A stretch of DNA of 37,348 nt, taken from a virus (Duplodnaviria; Caudoviricetes). The notes under the pieces were generated by a model, which ran no database searches, had not been told where the DNA came from, and saw nothing but the letters and a program-made list of their open reading frames with translations. This document shows positions 33,343-37,348 of the stretch, piece by piece; the stretch's first letter is position 1, and every line of letters begins with the position of its first letter. Both the position numbers and the translations under genes were made by a program. The stretch covers positions 1-37,348 of the IMG/VR virus record IMGVR_UViG_3300027365_000031, one strand, 5' to 3'.

Positions 33343-33616
33343 GGTAATTTTGGTAATTTCCTTTTGAGGTACGCCGGAAAGCCTTGTCTTTCAGTAGCTT
33401 AGGATTGATTCTTAAAGGTAATTTTTTGGTAATTCAGAGGTAATCAACTTACCTAATCAGATGGTCATGTTCCAAAAAACTCCAGCCCTTTAAAATCAAG
33501 CACTTACAGAAAAATTACCTTTTGCCTTACCCGAAATTACCTTTGAAGGTAAGCGGACGAACCCAGCAAATACGGGGCCTCTAGCCGCATTTCGGAAGGG
33601 GCTGACCAAAATTACC
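33343..33616. repeat. AT-rich GGTAA(TT)/(AA)TTACC iteron-like array, putative replication origin
   Basis: About 11 copies, mostly direct on the left and inverted on the right; IHF-like AATCAAGCACTTA at 33494. Confidence 0.65.
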
Positions 33617-33798
33617 CATTTCCGAATTCGCCTCTGAAATCGGTTGGCTCGGGTAGCTCCGCAGGCGCTCCAGAAAGAGGCCTCCTGTGCAGGGTTTCGC
33701 AGGGGTGCCGGTCACCGAAAACGCCTCTCCAGCGCGCAGCCTGGGCCGCTCTCGGCCGTCCCGCAGGGGTGCGGAAAATGCCATAGGTTTAGCCCGCA

Positions 33799-33817
33799 GG
33801 CGTGGTGGGGGGACGAC
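33799..33817 (+). other. Putative cos site (P2-like cohesive end)
   Basis: GGCGTGGTGGGGGGACGAC followed by GGCGCGC resembles P2/186 cos (GGCG.GGCGGGGAAAGCAC) and lies just beyond the portal gene as in P2. Confidence 0.7.
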
Positions 33818-33873
33818 GGCGCGCGCCGGGTGCTGATGGGGCGGCATCCTGCTGGGCGCCGATCGGCAGGCAC

Positions 33874-33900
33874 AAAAAAGCCGCCTCGAGGGCGGCTTCT
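33874..33900 (-). terminator. Rho-independent terminator of P-Q operon
   Basis: Minus strand AAGCCGCC-CTCGA-GGCGGCTTTTTT. Confidence 0.8.
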
Positions 33901-33918
33901 GGTGGCGCGGGGCGGCGA

Positions 33919-34917
33919 TCAGTTCTTCGCCGGCAACTCAAACGGCTTGAACCGAATCACCTCATCCCCCAGCCATTCGTTCACCTGGGCCAGTCGCGCC
34001 TGGATCGGCTCCAGCTCGTTGACGGCCCAGACCTCGGCCGCCTCGCGCAGTGAGCCGAAGCCGCCAGCGTTGGTCGGCACGATGCCCATCAGCTGCGGCG
34101 GGATGCGCAGCGCGGCGAGCAGATCGTCGCGGCTGATGTTCTTGATCGACCCGAACTCATCCTTCGCCGCCACCTCGCTGACCGGTATCAGCTGCAGCCC
34201 GTCCTTCTTGCCGTTCGGCGCGTAGACGAACAGGTTGCGGAAGTTGCCCGGCCCCTTGGCCGACTTCAGCGCCTGGCGCAGCGCGTCGACGTCCGCCTCA
34301 TTCTGGCTCGCGTCGGTCATATACATGATGAACCCGGCATGCGACCCGTTCTGGTAGTACTTGCGGCGGAAGAGAGTGGCCGACTCGTTCAGCAGCGCCG
34401 ACTGCAGTGCCGAAAGCCACTCCGGCAGCCCGTACACCTCCTGGTTGATATCCGCCTCGCGCAGGTGGCAGATGCTGCCGCGCTCGAACTCATGCTCATC
34501 CTTCCACCCGCGCACCTGGTAGTAGGTTTCCAGGTCCGCACCGCGGCGCATGTACTTGGCCAGCGTCGGCTGCAGCGTCAGCGGCTGGCCGAGCCTGTTA
34601 CGTCGCCGCTCCAGGTAGGCATTGCCGCACCAGAGCCAGTCCAGGGCGAACTGGCCGAACGCCTGCCGGCTCAGCAGGCGATGCGGGATGAAGGTGCGCT
34701 CGAGCATGTTGCGCTTGAAGTTGAGCCCGCTCTGCAGGAACACACTCGCCCGGGTCGACTTCGCCAGCCCATCGAGCGACAGCGGCGGTTCATACCACTT
34801 TCCGTTGAGCCAGCATTCCAGGTAGTCGAGCAGCTCGCGCCCATCGAGCACCGGCAGCGGATCGCCGAAGGTGAAGGCCTCCACGCCAGCGGCGGGGGCG
34901 GTGGTCAGTTCGCTCAT
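33919..34917 (-). CDS. gpQ: Portal protein (PBSX/P2 family)
   Basis: EAFTFGDP...WYEPPLSLDGLAK...DINQEVYGLPEW...FRRKYYQNGSHAG...PPQLMGIVP. Confidence 0.95.
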   Translation of the reverse strand: MSELTTAPAAGVEAFTFGDPLPVLDGRELLDYLECWLNGKWYEPPLSLDGLAKSTRASVFLQSGLNFKRNMLERTFIPHRLLSRQAFGQFALDWLWCGNAYLERRRNRLGQPLTLQPTLAKYMRRGADLETYYQVRGWKDEHEFERGSICHLREADINQEVYGLPEWLSALQSALLNESATLFRRKYYQNGSHAGFIMYMTDASQNEADVDALRQALKSAKGPGNFRNLFVYAPNGKKDGLQLIPVSEVAAKDEFGSIKNISRDDLLAALRIPPQLMGIVPTNAGGFGSLREAAEVWAVNELEPIQARLAQVNEWLGDEVIRFKPFELPAKN

Positions 34918-36683
34918 CAGCAGATCTCCATGAATCCAGTGTTCGCCGAGGTCTGCCCCTCGAGCGGTTCGTTGTGCAGGGCGTGGAACAGCGCCCACGC
35001 GAGATCGGCGTGGCCGGTCTCGTCGTTGCGCCCGGCGGTGTAGGTCATCTGGCGGCCCGAGGCCGTGATCGTCTTGCGAATCGCCATCAGCGAGCTGGCT
35101 ACGTCCGTCCAGCCGGCATCGAACTCCAGCCGGCCATTGCGGATCACGTCGTAGGCCTTGAGCACCAGGCGCGTCTTCACCTCTGGCGAGTAGCTGAAGG
35201 TGGTCACGTTGGGGAAGAACTGGCGGACCAGCTGCGCCACGCCCGAGCCCAGCCCGGTTACGTCCACGCCGATATAGGTCACCCAGTAGCGGTTGCAGGC
35301 CTGGCGGATCGCCTCGGCCTGGGCGGCGAAGTCCATTCCGCGGAACTGGTGGCGCTCCAGGATGCGGAACTTGCCGCCCGGCACCGCCGGCGGGGCGACC
35401 ACCACCATGCCCGCGCTGTCGCCGGTCTCGGCCGGGTCGTAGCCGATCCACACTGGCCGGTCGCCCAGCGGGCGCGCCGCGAACGGCTTGTAGTCCTCGC
35501 CCCATTCCACCCAGCTGTCCACCATGCACGGCTGCAGCATCGTCAGCGGGAAGATGCTCGCCCCGTCGTCGACGAACTCGCACATCAGCAGGTTGGCGAA
35601 CTGCTCGGCGTTGTACTCGAAGCGCAGCTCCTCCAGATCGAACAGATCGCAGCCGCGGCGCTCGGCATCGAGGATGGTCACGATCTGCCGCCAGATCTTG
35701 TCCTCCCGGCACAGCTTGCCGGGGGCGAGCGTGTCGTGGCGCAGGTCGATCTTCACGTGCTGCGCCGCCGGCTTGCCCTTGTTCAGCCGCTCACCGGTCC
35801 ACCACTTGTACGCCGGGTGCCCCATGCTCGACGGCGTCGAGAAGTACGTCTTGCGCCACTTCTTGTGCAGCGCCATGCCCGAGGCGACCTTGTTCAGCTC
35901 GTCGAAGCCATGCACCCAGAAAAATTCGTCGAAGTAGAAGTTGCCGCTGCGCCCCTGGGCGGTGCGGTAGTTCGTGCCGAGAAAGTGCAGCTCCGCGCCG
36001 TTGGCCAGCACGATCGGGTCGCCCGTCAGCTGCCGGCCCAGCGCCTCCTGGACGAACGCCTGCATGTAGTTCTTGAACTGGTGCGCCTGCGCCTTGCTTG
36101 CCGAAAGGAAGATCTGATTACGCCCCGTCAGCAGCGCGTCGATCAGCGCCTCGCGGGCGAAGTAAAAGGTTGCGCCGATCTGTCTCGACTTCAGGATCAT
36201 CCGCGTGCGCATGTTGATCGCCCGGTACCAGTCCAGCTGGTACTCGAAGCAACTGTCGCGGAAGGCCTCCTCGAGCAGCTCGATCTCGCCTTCATCGAAC
36301 TCGTTGCGCTTCGGCGCCTTCTTCGGCCCGGCGTTACGCGCCTCAAGGTTCGGGTTCAGCTCCGCCTGGGTGCCGCCGGCCTGGAAGCGCTGGATTCGCG
36401 CCTGCCGCTCCAGCTGGCGGTGCAGCAGGTCGATTTCCTTGAAGTCGCCGCCGGTCTTGCCGTCCTTGAGGATCAGCTGCACGAGCCGAGCCTCCAGCGC
36501 GCCACCGATCCGCTCGACATTGTCCGCCCGGTCCCACTCGTCCCGTGTTTTCCAGGAGTGGACGGTCTTTTCCTTCTCTTCCAGGAAGTCGGCGATATCC
36601 GTCACCCGCCAGCCCATCCAGTACAGATGGCGAGCGGTGCGGCGTGGATCCTGGACGGGAATTTCAACGGACGGTGCATTCAT
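34917..36683 (-). CDS. gpP: Terminase large (ATPase) subunit
   Basis: ARHLYWMGW, ILKSRQIGATFYFARE, YFDEFFW, YFSTPS, IGYDPA, GHADLAWA. Confidence 0.96.
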   Translation of the reverse strand: MNAPSVEIPVQDPRRTARHLYWMGWRVTDIADFLEEKEKTVHSWKTRDEWDRADNVERIGGALEARLVQLILKDGKTGGDFKEIDLLHRQLERQARIQRFQAGGTQAELNPNLEARNAGPKKAPKRNEFDEGEIELLEEAFRDSCFEYQLDWYRAINMRTRMILKSRQIGATFYFAREALIDALLTGRNQIFLSASKAQAHQFKNYMQAFVQEALGRQLTGDPIVLANGAELHFLGTNYRTAQGRSGNFYFDEFFWVHGFDELNKVASGMALHKKWRKTYFSTPSSMGHPAYKWWTGERLNKGKPAAQHVKIDLRHDTLAPGKLCREDKIWRQIVTILDAERRGCDLFDLEELRFEYNAEQFANLLMCEFVDDGASIFPLTMLQPCMVDSWVEWGEDYKPFAARPLGDRPVWIGYDPAETGDSAGMVVVAPPAVPGGKFRILERHQFRGMDFAAQAEAIRQACNRYWVTYIGVDVTGLGSGVAQLVRQFFPNVTTFSYSPEVKTRLVLKAYDVIRNGRLEFDAGWTDVASSLMAIRKTITASGRQMTYTAGRNDETGHADLAWALFHALHNEPLEGQTSANTGFMEIC

Positions 36684-36700
36684 GGCGCCGATGCTGCCGT

Positions 36701-36752
36701 TCGCGCGCGCGAGTCGTTACTCCGACGCCCTGTACGTCCAGCCAGTACAGGG
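36701..36752. promoter_or_regulatory. Divergent late promoters between P and O
   Basis: CCCTGTAC-N9-GTACAGGG palindrome (36728-36752) and TCGCGCGCGCGA (36701-36712). Confidence 0.75.
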
Positions 36753-36833
36753 CTGGCGAATTGCCCGCGCCGCACGGGCTGCCGACCATGCCCTCACTAC
36801 CTGCCCAGCAGCCACCAGTTGAGGACAGCCCGC

Positions 36834-37348
36834 ATGGCCGGCAACAGCAAAAAGTACCGCTCCAAGATGTTCCGCATCGGCGTCGAAGGCGCAACCACTG
36901 ACGGTCGTACCATCGAACGCAGCTGGCTTGAGGAAATGGCCGCCAGCTACAACCGCGACACCTACGGCGCGCGCATCAACGTCGAGCACATCAAGGGCCT
37001 GTCCCCCGACTCGCAGTTCGGCGCCTATGGCGACGTGCTCGCCCTGAAAACCGACGAGATCGAGATCAACGGCGAGAAGAAGCTCGCCCTGTTCGCGCAG
37101 ATCCAGCCCAACGACGCGCTGCTGGCCCTGAACAAGAAGGGCCAGAAGATCTACACCTCCATGGAGATCCAGCCCAAGTTCGCCAACACCGGCAAGGCCT
37201 ACCTGGTCGGCCTGGCTGTCACCGACAGCCCCGCGAGCCTCGGCACCGAGGCCCTGGAATTCAGCGCCAAGCACGGCACGCTGACCAGCCGCAAGCAGGA
37301 CAAGGACAACCTCTTCACCGCTGCCGAGCCGGCCGAGCTCGAGTTCGA
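36834..37348 (+). CDS. gpO: Capsid scaffolding protein, N-terminal part (runs through the junction to 483)
   Basis: MAGNSKKYRSKMFRIGVEGATTDGRTI...YGARINVEH...GQKIYTSMEI...YLVGLAVTDSPASLGTE. Confidence 0.94.
   Translation, partial: MAGNSKKYRSKMFRIGVEGATTDGRTIERSWLEEMAASYNRDTYGARINVEHIKGLSPDSQFGAYGDVLALKTDEIEINGEKKLALFAQIQPNDALLALNKKGQKIYTSMEIQPKFANTGKAYLVGLAVTDSPASLGTEALEFSAKHGTLTSRKQDKDNLFTAAEPAELEF
37199..37348 (+). repeat. Terminal direct repeat (circular assembly overlap), right copy
   Basis: Matches 1-149; this copy preserves the gpO reading frame. Confidence 0.97.

Larger units (their letters stand above)
1..37348. mobile_element. Complete P2/phiCTX-like temperate phage genome, circular (excised/attP) form
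   Basis: Full P2-type head, tail, lysis, switch, replication and integrase gene set in P2 order; terminal overlap; att core flanked by phage DNA on both sides; no host genes seen. Confidence 0.95.

Noticed and set aside
33343-33616. CRISPR-like array
   Set aside because: Repeats are 5-7 nt, irregularly spaced, in both orientations; no cas genes
33620-33918. phiCTX-like cytotoxin (ctx) moron near attP/cos
   Set aside because: No such ORF; the interval between attP and portal is short and non-coding
34035-34046. CGGCCGCCTCGC match to the TR 3' end, possible second VR
   Set aside because: Only 12 GC-rich nt, antisense within portal, no upstream TR similarity; no second VR found by eye
33581-34225. 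ORFs across the ori/cos region
   Set aside because: Low-complexity translations overlapping cos, the terminator and the portal gene; likely non-coding

Overview
The window is an apparently complete, circularly permuted genome (~37.2 kb) of a temperate P2/phiCTX-like myovirus (Peduoviridae-type). Bases 1-149 repeat 37199-37348 apart from one missing C. The host is probably a high-GC Pseudomonas/Stutzerimonas, inferred from gene content and the tRNA-Leu attP core. Gene order follows P2: Q-P // O-N-M-L-X-holin-endolysin-lysB/C-R-S // V-W-J-I-fibre // FI-FII-E/E'-T-U-D, then a moron, the immunity/switch region, early genes (Ogr-like activator, TOPRIM primase-helicase, C5 methyltransferase), integrase, attP, a putative origin and a cos-like site. 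Main highlights: (1) an intact diversity-generating retroelement (VR 11706-11808 in a Fn3+CLec tail fibre, avd, TR 13144-13246, RT) with 9 of 9 TR/VR mismatches at TR adenines; (2) a LexA-box-controlled 58-aa gene that resembles only the C-terminal domain of the phage's own non-cleavable repressor, next to a second gene resembling only its HTH domain, suggesting a 'split-repressor decoy' SOS induction switch; (3) a C5 methyltransferase with a fully nested +1-frame gene carrying the missing motif IX; (4) a self-promoted three-gene moron with a palindromic operator; (5) a perfect 144-bp in-frame duplication in the tape measure gene. All family assignments come from motif recognition by eye; no database searches were run.
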